Origin: Cyanophora paradoxa CCMP329
Taxonomy: Eukaryota; Plantae; Glaucophyta
NCBI GenBank assembly: GCA_004431415.1
Contig: QPMI01000121.1
Location: 124,001-188,000, forward strand
DNA: 64,000 bases
Direction of reading: 5' to 3'
The notes beneath the pieces were generated by a model. That model was not told the origin of the DNA and made no database searches. It saw nothing but the letters and a program-made list of their open reading frames with translations. The translations under genes were made by a program, and so were the position numbers. How positions within the stretch are numbered: position 1 is the first letter of the stretch; every line of letters starts with the position of its first letter. Positions 24,887 through 37,378 of this stretch are shown here, piece by piece.

Positions 24887-27800
24887 ATGGAGCTTCTGCA
24901 CTTATTTATGAACTACGCATGCGAATTCGAAGGAACGGGCACCTGTGCGGCGCGAGCACGGGTCAGTGGTCAAGCGCAGCTGCACACTGCTCGTGCTTCG
25001 GAAGATGAGGAGGTGGTGCGGTACCTTGCGTTGTTGAGGTGGTGCGCCATGGCCAGGCATATATATGCAAGCTATCTCATGATCGCCAATTGCAACTATA
25101 CGCCAACGTTTAACGGAGTTATATGCGAACGATATGTACGTGCATATATATATGCGAATGTTTGAACTCCCAGCAGGCTCGACATCGGAGGGGTGATCAT
25201 GAATTTGGAGTGCAATGCTAGCAGCACTTGCGACTTCAATGCGCACATTCGCGAGGAGTCCTCAGGCCCACTCGAAGCCCGCCGGGCTCTTATAGAGCTC
25301 CTTTCAGCATTCAAATGCGATCCAAAGGATAAATTTAAGGATGTGCCCAGACCGGACGCGGTCAAGTCTCTCGAGAATTGGAGGTGTGCAGTTTTGCTTC
25401 CGCTCATTGTGTAGCCAAAATTTGATGTTTAACGCACGGTGTGGCTGTAAGCAGCAAACTGTTGCGACTAGCTTTCCCGAATGTTCCACTCGTTAAACTT
25501 CCGAAGAATTCCGTGCGACTTTCTCGTTGGCTTAAGCTTATGACTATGCGACCTTTAGCTGACGACTAAAATCCGTTTCAGGCTCGAAAGGTGCGGCAAT
25601 TACAGTCCCCCTTCTCCATTTATTGATCTCTTGCTATCACATTAACAGGCGGCAAATGAAGAGTTTTTGACTGCCATGATTAAGAACGATTATGATATTC
25701 TAGTTGAAGATATGCGAAAATTGAAGATAAAGGTATTGGACACTCCATCATTGTCTCATGGCGAGCTAAAGACGATCTTGAGCCTTCTGAGCCAACTGTT
25801 CCGGGTATGTAATTATAAATGTATTTTATAAAATATTGAGTTGTGCTTATGCACGCATGTCTGTCGCGCAGAGATGCATGTTCGGAAAGCTCTGCAATTT
25901 CGGCAACGCTGCAGGTTTGAGTGTTAATGCATCTTTATCGAGTCCGGAGCTCGATATGCTTCTTTCTTGGGCGAATCAGACATTGAAGTATGCATATTCT
26001 GACTGTAAATCTGCCAATCGTGCTCTTAATAAAAGGCATGGCAGAAATTCGCACGCTCCATCGGAATTGCGGGACCGCGGCATTGATCCGCTTGCTTTTT
26101 CGTCAGAATTACGGGTATTTATAGGTTCTCTAACACATTCACATATGAACGCAATATGTGACACCACTTCGAATTTAGGATATGAGAATTTACGCTCAAA
26201 TATTCCGAGAAGTCGTGCACACGGCTGGCATTCCATTGGACGCTTCGGCTCTCGTCGAGAGCATCTACGCCTTGGAAGAGCCTCGGGAGAGAGCATCTGA
26301 ATTTCTCAAAGCCCTTGAAGATGCGAGAGTTGGCATGGGGGTCCGATGTCGCGACTTCGCAAGTGAAGAGGCTTTAGTGCGGGTGTGTGGCGCCGGCCGT
26401 AATACAATTAGACAAGTGCACATTTAAAATTTATTCATTTCTGTGAAATTAAATGCATCCAGGGAGATGACGATGCACACTTCGCACTTCTTGCTCTTTT
26501 GAAGTACAGAGCGTCGAATCGAAACCAAGCACATGTAGATGATGGAGATGTTGCTTGCGGTATGTATGTGCGCGCTCTTAAGAAAGTTGTTTGGTGTCTA
26601 AGCAATAGTGAATTGTTTTCTCAGAGGTCGAACATGACCTCGATCTCTCCACACTCATCCACAACCTGCACGCGCGCAAGACACCGCAAGCTGGAGACGA
26701 ACTTTGCGTCTCAATGACCTGCAAAAGCAAACACGGCTATCCGCTTGTCGGCGCTGGTTGCACTGATATTGCATCGAAGCTTTCGGAATTAGGTCTCGAG
26801 ATTCAAATGCGAAGTCCGAATGGTCGCACCATCTCTCCAAGTTTCAACACCAATTGCAACGGAGATATCACAGGAGCGACAGGAACCTTGGAAGTCCGTT
26901 TTCAGCCCGAGCAAGCAGGAAACCACCAGCTCTTAATTAAGTACCGCGGAATCGAGGTCGATATGCCTGAGCACTCTGAATCGAGCTTCAACGTACAGCC
27001 AGGTGCACATGTGCACATCTACGTATACATTGAAAGCCCGAATGTTGTTACGAGCCGCGTATATCGGTTCCGCCTCGCGTCGAATTTTTTTTGCACTCCC
27101 AATAGCAAATGCAACGATTTGTCTCTATGTCTAGATTGCATTGCATATGCATTTCCTTGCCATGTCCCCTATACAGATCTAGAGCGCACACCGACCGAGC
27201 CCTCCTCGTCCTTAAGCTTCCCGCGGCTCTCACAGGCGAGCTGGTGCCCGGCCCCCTGCAGCCCGATACGAATGGAGCGGGGGTGGCTGGAACGCAGGTG
27301 TCCTACCGCACGCGCTGCGTGGACCGCTTCGGCAACGTGGTGGTGCGGAGCGTGGAGCAGCTGGCGGAGCTTGGCCTGCGGCTGCGGGTCACGGATCCGC
27401 TGGGCCGCGACGTCGCTGTCAACACCGACGTCGATCCCGTGAGCGGCACCGCGACGTTCACCTTCACGCCCACCACAGCGGACGTCCCTGGAGCGGCCGG
27501 CGGGGCAGCGGCACCGGCCTGCCACGTGCTGTCGCTTGAGCGCAACGGCCAGGTCGTACCAGCAGCAGAGAGTGGCGGAGCAGCGCGCCAAGTGCTTCAC
27601 GTTGGCCCTGGTTCGCACTTGATGACCCCTTGGATTACATGTACTAGATGTCGCTCCGGTCCTCAGCGATTAATCATAGCACGTGCACATGGGCTGACCC
27701 TAGATTTCAAAGCTCTTAAAGCTGGAAATATATCACAATATCGTCGATGCTTGATCCTGGCTCGAGCGCGAGACCACGGAGGCTTCAAACAGCGCTACGT

Positions 27801-30800
27801 ATACGCCGGCTAGGGGCGTACACGTAGCGGCTAGCTGTGTATTATTTCTTCTTATGATTTCCCACGTTAACGTTTCGGAAATTCTGCGGATCGCCCGGCC
27901 TCGTGCTCGCGTGTCTTCCGATTGAATCGGCCCGCTGACGCCGCCCTCCTCGGTCTTCGCGCGCAGGCGAACTGCTGCTTTGCCCCGCGGATCCGGAGGT
28001 TGACGCTGACGACGCTGGCGCAATGGGCGGCTCTGCGGAAGGAGCGTTGGCGGCATCGCAGACAGTGGCGCGGACAGTGACGGCAGGGAGGCAGGTGTCC
28101 TACCGCGTGCGCTGCGTGGACCGCTTCGGCAACGTGGTGGTGCGGAGCGTGGAGCAGCTGGAAGCGCGTGGTGTACGGCTGCGAGTCGCGGACCCGCTGG
28201 GGCAGCCGGTGCCTGTGACCGCGGACGTCGATCCCGTGAGTGGCACCGCGACGTTCACCTTCACGCCCACCACAGCGGACGTCCCCGGATCCGGAGAGGC
28301 TGGCGAAGCGGCGGCGCCGGCCTGCCACGTGCTGTCGCTCGAGCATAACGGCCAGGCCGTGCAAGCAGCAGGGGACGCAAATGTGGCGGCAGCAGAGGAC
28401 GGGTTTGTGGCGGCGGCAGTGCCCAACGAGCTTCATGTCGATCCTGGTGCGCATGCGCAGCCCCGGCGCCGGCCGCGTTGTTTTATACGAACCATGGCCA
28501 TGGATAGCGCGCGTCTCGGTGTTGGCCAGGATATTCTATGCCGGAACGAGGCGCATATATCGGTTCTGCCTAGCATCGATGCGCTCCCAGTAGTAAATGC
28601 AACGGTTTGTCTCTAGGTTTAGATTGCATTGCATATGCATTTCCTTGCCATGTCCCCTATATAGAGCGCATACCGACCAAGCCGTCCTCGTCCTCCCTGC
28701 GGCCCTCGCAGGCAAGCTGGTGCCCGGCCCCCTGCAGCCCGATACGAATGGAGCGGGGGTGGCTGGAACGCAGGTGTCCTACCGCACGCGCTGCGTGGAC
28801 CGCTTCGGCAACGTGGTGGTGCGGAGCGTGGAGCAGCTGGCGGAGCTTGGCCTGCGGCTGCGGGTCACGGATCCGCTGGGCCGCGACGTCGCTGTCAACA
28901 CCGACGTCGATCCCGTGAGCGGCACCGCGACATTCACCTTCACGCCCACCACAGCGGACGTCCCTGGAGCGGCCGGCGGGGCAGCGGCACCGGCCTGCCA
29001 CGTGCTGTCGCTTGAGCGCAACGGCCAGGTCGTACCAGCAGCAGAGAGTGGCGGAGCAGCGCGCCAAGTGCTTCACGTTGGCCCTGGTTCGCACTTGATG
29101 ACCCCTTGGATTACATGTACTAGATGTCGCTCCGGTCCTCAGCGATTAATCATAGCACGTGCACATGGGCTGACCCTAGATTTCAAAGCTCTTAAAGCTG
29201 GAAATATATCACAATATCGTCGATGCTTGATCCTGGCTCGAGCGCGAGACCACGGAGGCTTCAAACAGCGCTACGTATACGCCGGCTAGGGGCGTACACG
29301 TAGCGGCTAGCTGTGTATTATTTCTTCTTATGATTTCCCACGTTAACGTTTCGGAAATTCTGCGGATCGCCCGGCCTCGTGCTCGCGTGTCTTCCGATTG
29401 AATCGGCCCGCTGACGCCGCCCTCCTCGGTCTTCGCGCGCAGGCGAACTGCTGCTTTGCCCCGCGGATCCGGAGGTTGACGCTGACGACGCTGGCGCAAT
29501 GGGCGGCTCTGCGGAAGGAGCGTTGGCGGCATCGCAGACAGTGGCGCGGACAGTGACGGCAGGGAGGCAGGTGTCCTACCGCGTGCGCTGCGTGGACCGC
29601 TTCGGCAACGTGGTGGTGCGGAGCGTGGAGCAGCTGGAAGCGCGTGGTGTACGGCTGCGAGTCGCGGACCCGCTGGGGCAGCCGGTGCCTGTGACCGCGG
29701 ACGTCGATCCCGTGAGTGGCACCGCGACGTTCACCTTCACGCCCACCACAGCGGACGTCCCCGGATCCGGAGAGGCTGGCGAAGCGGCGGCGCCGGCCTG
29801 CCACGTGCTGTCGCTCGAGCATAACGGCCAGGCCGTGCAAGCAGCAGGGGACGCAAATGTGGCGGCAGCAGAGGACGGGTTTGTGGCGGCGGCAGTGCCC
29901 AACGAGCTTCATGTCGATCCTGGTGCGCATGCGCAGCCCCGGCGCCGGCCGCGTTGTTTTATACGAACCATGGCCATGGATAGCGCGCGTCTCGGTGTTG
30001 GCCAGGATATTCTATGCCGGAACGAGGCGCATATATCGGTTCTGCCTAGCATCGATGCGCTCCCAGTAGTAAGTGCAACAGTTTGTCTCTAGGTTTAGAT
30101 TGCATTGCATATGCATTTCCTTGCCATGTCCCCTATATAGAGCGCATACCGACCAAGCCGTCCTCGTCCTCCCTGCGGCCCTCGCAGGCAAGCTGGTGCC
30201 CGGCCCCCTGCAGCCCGATACGAATGGAGCGGGGGTGGCTGGAACGCAGGTGTCCTACCGCACGCGCTGCGTGGACCGCTTCGGCAACGTGGTGGTGCGG
30301 AGCGTGGAGCAGCTGGCGGAGCTTGGCCTGCGGCTGCGGGTCACGGATCCGCTGGGCCGCGACGTCGCTGTCAACACCGACGTCGATCCCGTGAGCGGCA
30401 CCGCGACGTTCACCTTCACGCCCACCACAGCGGACGTCCCTGGAGCGGCCGGCGGGGCAGCGGCACCGGCCTGCCACGTGCTGTCGCTTGAGCGCAACAG
30501 CCAGGTCGTACCAGCAGCAGAGAGTGGCGGAGCAGCGCGCCAAGTGCTTCACGTTGGCCCTGGTTCGCACTTGATGACCCCTTCGATTACATGTACTAGA
30601 TGTCGCTCCGGTCCTCAGCGATTAATCATAGCACGTGCACATGGGCTGACCCTAGATTTCAAAGCTCTTAAAGCTGGAAATATATCACAATATCGTCGAT
30701 GCTTGATCCTGGCTCGAGCGCGAGACCACGGAGGCTTCAAACAGCGCTACGCCGGCTAGGGGCGTACACGTAGCGGCTAGCTGTGTATTATTTCTTCTTA

Positions 30801-33800
30801 TGATTTCCCACGTTAACGTTTCGGAAATTCTGCGGATCGCCCGGCCTCGTGCTCGCGTGTCTTCCGATTGAATCGGCCCGCTGACGCCGCCCTCCTCGGT
30901 CTTCGCGCGCAGGCGAACTGCTGCTTTGCCCCGCGGATCCGGAGGTTGACGCTGACGACGCTGGCGCAATGGGCGGCTCTGCAGAAGGAGCGTTGGCGGC
31001 ATCGCAGACAGTGGCGCGGACAGTGACGGCAGGGAGGCAGGTGTCCTACCGCGTGCGCTGCGTGGACCGCTTCGGCAACGTGGTGGTGCGGAGCGTGGAG
31101 CAGCTGGAAGCGCGTGGTGTACGGCTGCGAGTCGCGGACCCGCTGGGGCAGCCGGTGCCTGTGACCGCGGACGTCGATCCCGTGAGTGGCACCGCGACGT
31201 TCACCTTCACGCCCACCACAGCGGACGTCCCCGGATCCGGAGAGGCTGGCGAAGCGGCGGCGCCGGCCTGCCACGTGCTGTCGCTCGAGCATAACGGCCA
31301 GGCCGTGCAAGCAGCAGGGGACGCAAATGTGGCGGCAGCAGAGGACGGGTTTGTGGCGGCGGCAGTGCCCAACGAGCTTCATGTCGATCCTGGTGCGCAT
31401 GCGCAGCCCCGGCGCCGGCCGCGTTGTTTTATACGAACCATGGCCATGGATAGCGCGCGTCTCGGTGTTGGCCAGGATATTCTATGCCGGAACGAGGCGC
31501 ATATATCGGTTCTGCCTAGCATCGATGCGCTCCCAGTAGTAAATGCAACGGTTTGTCTCTAGGTTTAGATTGCATTGCATATGCATTTCCTTGCCATGTC
31601 CCCTATATAGAGCGCATACCGACCAAGCCGTCCTCGTCCTCCCTGCGGCCCTCGCAGGCAAGCTGGTGCCCGGCCCCCTGCAGCCCGATACGAATGGAGC
31701 GGGGGTGGCTGGAACGCAGGTGTCCTACCGCACGCGCTGCGTGGACCGCTTCGGCAACGTGGTGGTGCGGAGCGTGGAGCAGCTGGCGGAGCTTGGCCTG
31801 CGGCTGCGGGTCACGGATCCGCTGGGCCGCGACGTCGCTGTCAACACCGACGTCGATCCCGTGAGCGGCACCGCGACGTTCACCTTCACGCCGACCACAG
31901 CGGACGTCCCTGGAGCGGCCGGCGGGGCAGCGGCACCGGCCTGCCACGTGCTGTCGCTTGAGCGCAACGGCCAGGTCGTACCAGCAGCAGAGAGTGGCGG
32001 AGCAGCGCGCCAAGTGCTTCACGTTGGCCCTGGTTCGCACTTGATGACCCCTTGGATTACGTATACATGTACTAGATGTCGCTCCGGTCCTCAGCGATTA
32101 ATCATAGCACGTGCACATGGGCTGACCCTAGATTTCAAAGCTCTTAAAGCTGGCAATATCTCACAATATCGTCGATGCTTGATCCTGGCTCGATCGCGAG
32201 CGCGAGACCACGGAGGCTTCAAACAGCGCTACGCCGGCTAGGGGCGTACACGTAGCGGCTAGCTGTGTATTATTTCTTCTTATGATTTCCCACGTTAACG
32301 TTTCGGAAATTCTGCGGATCGCCCGGCCTCGTGCTCGCGTGTCTTCCAATTGAATCGGCCCTCTGACGCCGCCCTCCTCGGTCTTCGCGCGCAGGCGAAC
32401 TGCTGCTTTGCCCCGCGGAACCGGAGGTTGACGCTGACGACGCTGGCGCAATGGGCGGCTCTGCGGAAGGAGCGTTGGCGGCATCGCAGACAGTGGCGCG
32501 GACAGTGACGGCAGGGAGGCAGGTGTCCTACCGCGTGCGCTGCGTGGACCGCTTCGGCAACGTGGTGGTGCGGAGCGTGGAGCAGCTGGAAGCGCGTGGT
32601 GTACGGCTGCGAGTCGCGGACCCGCTGGGGCAGCCGGTGCCTGTGACCGCGGACGTCGATCCCGTGAGTGGCACCGCGACGTTCACCTTCACGCCCACCA
32701 CAGCGGACGTCCCCGGATCCGGAGAGGCTGGCGAAGCGGCGGCGCCGGCCTGCCACGTGCTGTCGCTCGAGCACAACGGCCAGGCCGTGCCAGCAGCAGA
32801 GAATGGCGGATCAGCGCGCCAAGAGCTTCACATCGACCCAGGTGCGCGACGTTTAGGTACTGTGCATTGTATATATATATTTATTTGCAAGCTGTAAGTA
32901 TATAAATCTTGCGCGCCTGCTTCGGTGCATGCTCTAGATCAGTGCACGTGTGCACAGGCATATAGCTTTAGCGACAATATCGATGGGCGATCCAGACTCT
33001 AGATATTCCTCTAATTAATATAAAATTTAATTACCAGGCACCAGAGCTAGCTGCAGCGAGCACGAGACGACAATTGCAAAGACTTTAAACAGCGCAGTCC
33101 TAGAAGCGTTGCGGCTAGCACTACATCATCACCATTGAATCGGCCCTCTGACGCCGCCCTCCTCGGTCCTCGTGCGCAGGCGAGCTGCTGCTCCGCCCCG
33201 CGGAGGTTGACGCTGACGACGCTGGCGCAATGGGCGGCTCTGCGGAAGGAGCATCGACGGCAGTGCAGACAGTGGCGCGGACAGTGACGGCAGGGAGGCA
33301 GGTGTCCTACCGCGTGCGCTGCGTGGACCGCTTCGGCAACGTGGTGGTGCGGAGCGTGGAGCAGCTGGCGGAGCTTGGCCTGCGGCTGCGGGTCACGGAT
33401 CCGTTGGATCGCGACGTCGCTGTCAACACAGACGTCGATCCCGTGAGCGGCACCGCGACGTTCACCTTCACGCCCACCACAGCGGACGTCCCCGGATCCG
33501 GAGAGGCTGGCGCCGGTGGCGGGGCGTCGGGGCCAGCCTGTCACGTGCTGGCGCTTGAAAGAAACGGCCAGGCTGCACCAGCAGCTGAAAATGGTGGAGC
33601 AGCGCGCCAATTGCAAGAGCTTCACGTTGGTCCTGGTTCGCAAATGTTTGACGTCGCGAATCACAGATACTAGATCATGTGATAGATCAGAGATAGATCA
33701 TGGTTTACGTACATTGGCGGAACCAAGCTTTCGAATATGCAAAACAATATCGATGCTCGCTTCTGCATCGAGATCAGCGATTGTATAAATAAAGCGGCAA

Positions 33801-35652
33801 ATTAGTCTGGAATTGCAATTTACTGGGCTGGTGCATGCGCAGGCCCTCTACAGCCATCGGCATCTCGTTGTATCGCCCTTTCGTCATCGGGAGATGCACG
33901 TAATGTGGATATGCTACGCGAACGAGCTGGAACGAGTGCCAAATTCATGTTCGTTTTGTACGACGATTGGAACAACGAGATTACGATCCCCGATTACCTC
34001 GTTGAAGACATTGTGACGAATACCCGCTTGGTTAAACTATCTGTAAGTAACATCATCTTTACACATATATAAAGGTTATTTGTATTATTGTTCTCTTTTA
34101 AATCATTAGTTCTTCTGCTTTCCTTCGTTTTTTTGGCTCCTTACTCATGTCCGGCTACCACGTGCACAGTACTTGTAGTGCTATCTAGAGACTTTGGCCG
34201 GCAATAAAGTATAAGTATGTACTGGCCGAAGTTAACGCGTATTTCGTGCAGGAATCATTTGATCAGGGCGATTGCGAGCTTTGTTTGAAGCCCGAGGTGA
34301 CCAAGAATTCCTCCGGCAGAGGGACGCTTGATGTGAGCTTCTCTCTCAAAAAGGCGGGAGAGTATTACCTGGAAGTTCTCGGACTTCTTAAAAATATTCA
34401 GTCTCGGCGGAAGCATACCTCAAACTCAAATCAGAACCCAAATCGCTGGAGGAGCTTTCATCACAAATGCACCGTTTTGCCAGGCATGCTGTCTTTTCCG
34501 TTATTTTTAAACCGAGCACTCGTATTGATCATGTTGACAGCTGCAGAAGCATCATCTATAACACCTTCCAATCAATTAATTGACAGCAATCGCATCGTTG
34601 TAAAAGGACGTGACCGCTTCGATAATGAGATGCTTTTCGATGATCTGATACGATGTGTAGCTTTTGAATTGTTCGGACGTCAAGGCTTTGTTCCTCTGCA
34701 GGTCCGCCAAGGCGTCTGCACGTGCACGTGCATGTGATTTATTGATTCGATCATAAATTTCGCGAACGCAGATATATGCCGGGGACGATAAGCAGTCGAT
34801 TGTCTTGGATCTCGGCAAGAGATTGCTCCCAACTGGAATTTACAAAGCTACTATCATCAAGAAACTTGATTCGAGAAAAGAACTTGATCTGAATCCAGAA
34901 GAAGAGGAGTTCTTGCATCACGTCTCACCGGACGTATTACCGGATTCGGATGCAGCAGAGGCGGTCAAGAGCTGCGGGCAAGTGCAGTTTATGCAAACGG
35001 ATCCAGATAGCAGAGCACTTGTGTCTTTTTTTGTTCCTATTCCGCCACGAACAAGTGACCATGTGAAATTTATATTCATCTGCGATGACTCCGGTTCAAT
35101 GAAAAACTTTCGCAATTCGGTGCGCCAGCGAATGCGATCGGAAGATTAAATGATGAGATGATGATTCATTTCATTCAAAATCGAATTGGCAGGTGACCGA
35201 TTCCATCGAGATGATTCTTCACCGGATATATCAACATTTCCAGTTCGGTGAAGCTGGCGCAGATTTTGATGTGGATCTCATCAACTTCAGCGAGCGAGCT
35301 GAGGTTCTCCGCATGGGCACCGACCCTTCCATCTGGAGGCAAGTGTTGGAGACGCGAGGCAACACACCCGGGACCAAGGGCACGCATACGTTCTACGGAC
35401 AGGCATTGAACTCTCTGCTCGATATTCTTCGGGATCTCGACTCGCAGCTGCAACGAGACCTTCTTACAAGCACTCGAGTTAATATATTCTTTTTAACCGA
35501 CGGACAGCCCACCGACGGAGAGGCGTGGATAGCCCCATGCAATCATGTGCAGCAGTTGCTAACCGCGTGGTCTACGAGATTGCCTATAGCTAGTGCAGTC
35601 TACGCTCTTGGATTTGGAAACGATGTTCCTGAGGTGAAGCCCTCCCCTTACC

Positions 35653-35683
<31 letters not shown>

Positions 35684-36746
35684 CCTCGCCCCTCCCCCCC
35701 TTCGGCCACCAAGAGAATGAGACTGAAATGCATCGATAGCCTGATCCATCTCACGCAGGACGTGCGAACCAGAATATGTGAAATGTCAAGCGGAAAAAAC
35801 TATTACACTCATGCCGACGTCGATCGTGCGTTTTCTCGCCGGCCGACCTATTCTCCATTGCAAATTGCAAAGGCTGATCGATTGTTTTTAGAAAACGCGA
35901 ACGAACTCTGTCAACGTTTAGATTCAATATTTGCTACCGCCACACATTGTGAGGAAGATGCGACTGTGCAATTCGAGATCTTCAAACGGAACAACGCTGG
36001 AGAAGAATATATTTTGATAAGCGAGTCGGCATCACAGATGATCCCTGCTGGAGTAGACAATGTTCATGTGACACGCCACGTGCGAATGGCTGCAAAAACT
36101 GGCGCATTCATGAAAGCTTCAACATGGGACATCATGTGCACGCCCGTCGATGTCTTTTTAAGATATGATGTATCATTATCCCGCCCTGCAAGCAACCGTT
36201 TCCAAGGAGAGCTTCCGGCAAATGTGTTCGTGGCTTCCAGCGAGCATGCCAATAATGTAAGTCATATATCATGCAAATGGAAATTTGTATTTCTTTATAT
36301 TTAAGAACACCGTTCAGTCCATTTTGCAAGCGTCTGTCGACGACGAAATCACGAATTGTTGCAATCGGTTGGAAAACCTTCTACACAACCCAGTTGCAGA
36401 TGTACCCGGCTTGATCGACCGCGAGCGAAAATTTGCCGATCAAATACACCGCGAGTTCGATTCGAGCGTCACCGCGAATTCGAGCTCTACTTCAGCATAC
36501 GTACTGCGTTCGCAGCGTTCGAAACAGCTACTTGACGACATCCGGGAACGTTGTGGCCAGCTTCAAGCAGCGGTCAAAGCCGTTGCAGAGGCTCTCCAAG
36601 CTCCAAATCCGCGGCCTGATAAAATAGCCGAAGCTCAAAACAAAGTCAGGGCAGCTAAAGATTCGGGGAAAATCGCACAAGGCGCCCTGTTAGCGAAGCT
36701 AGCCACAAGTTTTGCAACTGTTCTAGCCACTAGCCAATTGCAATAG
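24887..36746 (+). CDS. Giant multi-exon protein: unknown N-terminal region, ~12 filamin/Ig-like repeats, VWA domain with MIDAS, C-terminal helical/coiled-coil tail
   Basis: Ig/filamin-type motifs (DRFGN, GTLEVRFQPEQAGNHQL, GTATFTFTPT, LYDDWNN, KGRDRFDN). VWA motifs FICDDSGSM..T..IFFLTDGQP..YALGFG at 35070-35630. Stop TAG 36744-36746. Start codon and 5' exons are uncertain. Confidence 0.75.
27100..33640 (+). repeat. Tandem array of ~1.47-kb units (exon A + intron + exon B + intron) x4 plus one hybrid module
   Basis: Exons A 27236-27610, 28712-29086, 30188-30562, 31658-32032 (375 nt each). Exons B 27967-28446, 29443-29922, 30913-31392 (480 nt). B' 32395-32841 (447 nt); hybrid 33180-33635 (456 nt). 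All are phase 1-1 and the introns are near-identical. Confidence 0.95.
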
Positions 36747-37019
36747 GTGCACTCGAATATTCGAATAGTCGACATTTATTTATCTCACCGTCGAATTGTG
36801 ACTGGTCGCTATAGCTAGCGCTTGATGTGAAGGCTATTGACCTCGACTCGCGCTTTCAAAATTTATATATAACGCTTGCCTTGCACACTATACCGACATG
36901 TAAACGCGTAGGACAAAGGCGGTATCGATTGGGCCGGGCGGCCGCAGGGGACGAAGGGGCGGGGAGTGTGAGCAGGCGGCTGGCGCCGGGGCTGGGCGCG
37001 ATCGGCGGGCCGGTGGCGG

Positions 37020-37351
37020 GGCTAGTCGTCGTAGATGCGGACGGTGGCGGCGACAAGCCCGTCGAGGTGCTCGCTCTCAGCGGGGCTCGACGTCCTAAGA
37101 TAGAAGGCCGCCGCTCCGCCCAGGAGCCCGCCTCGCGCTACGCGTCCTCAGTGACCGCCACTCTCCATAAGGCCCTCGACCCTTATCTCCGCTAGTCGTC
37201 GTAGATTCGGACGCCACAAGGCCGGGCGCCCTCAAAATCGCACAAGGCGCCCTGTTGGCGAAGCTAGCCACAAATTTTGCAACTGTTCTAGCCACTAGCC
37301 AATTCCAATAGGTACACTCGAACATTCGAATAGTCGACCTTTATATATCTC
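37020..37351. repeat. Local duplications of both convergent gene 3' ends
   Basis: 37234-37351 repeats 36669-36786 (VWA gene end). 37022-37052 and 37192-37213 repeat 37379-37409 (GPR89 stop region). Confidence 0.85.
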
Positions 37352-37378
37352 GAGCTCAGTAGCCCCGCCTGCGGGGCG

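Noticed and set aside
27611-32394. Introner elements (near-identical introns)
   Set aside because: Identity extends through the flanking exons, so this is tandem duplication rather than intron transposition.
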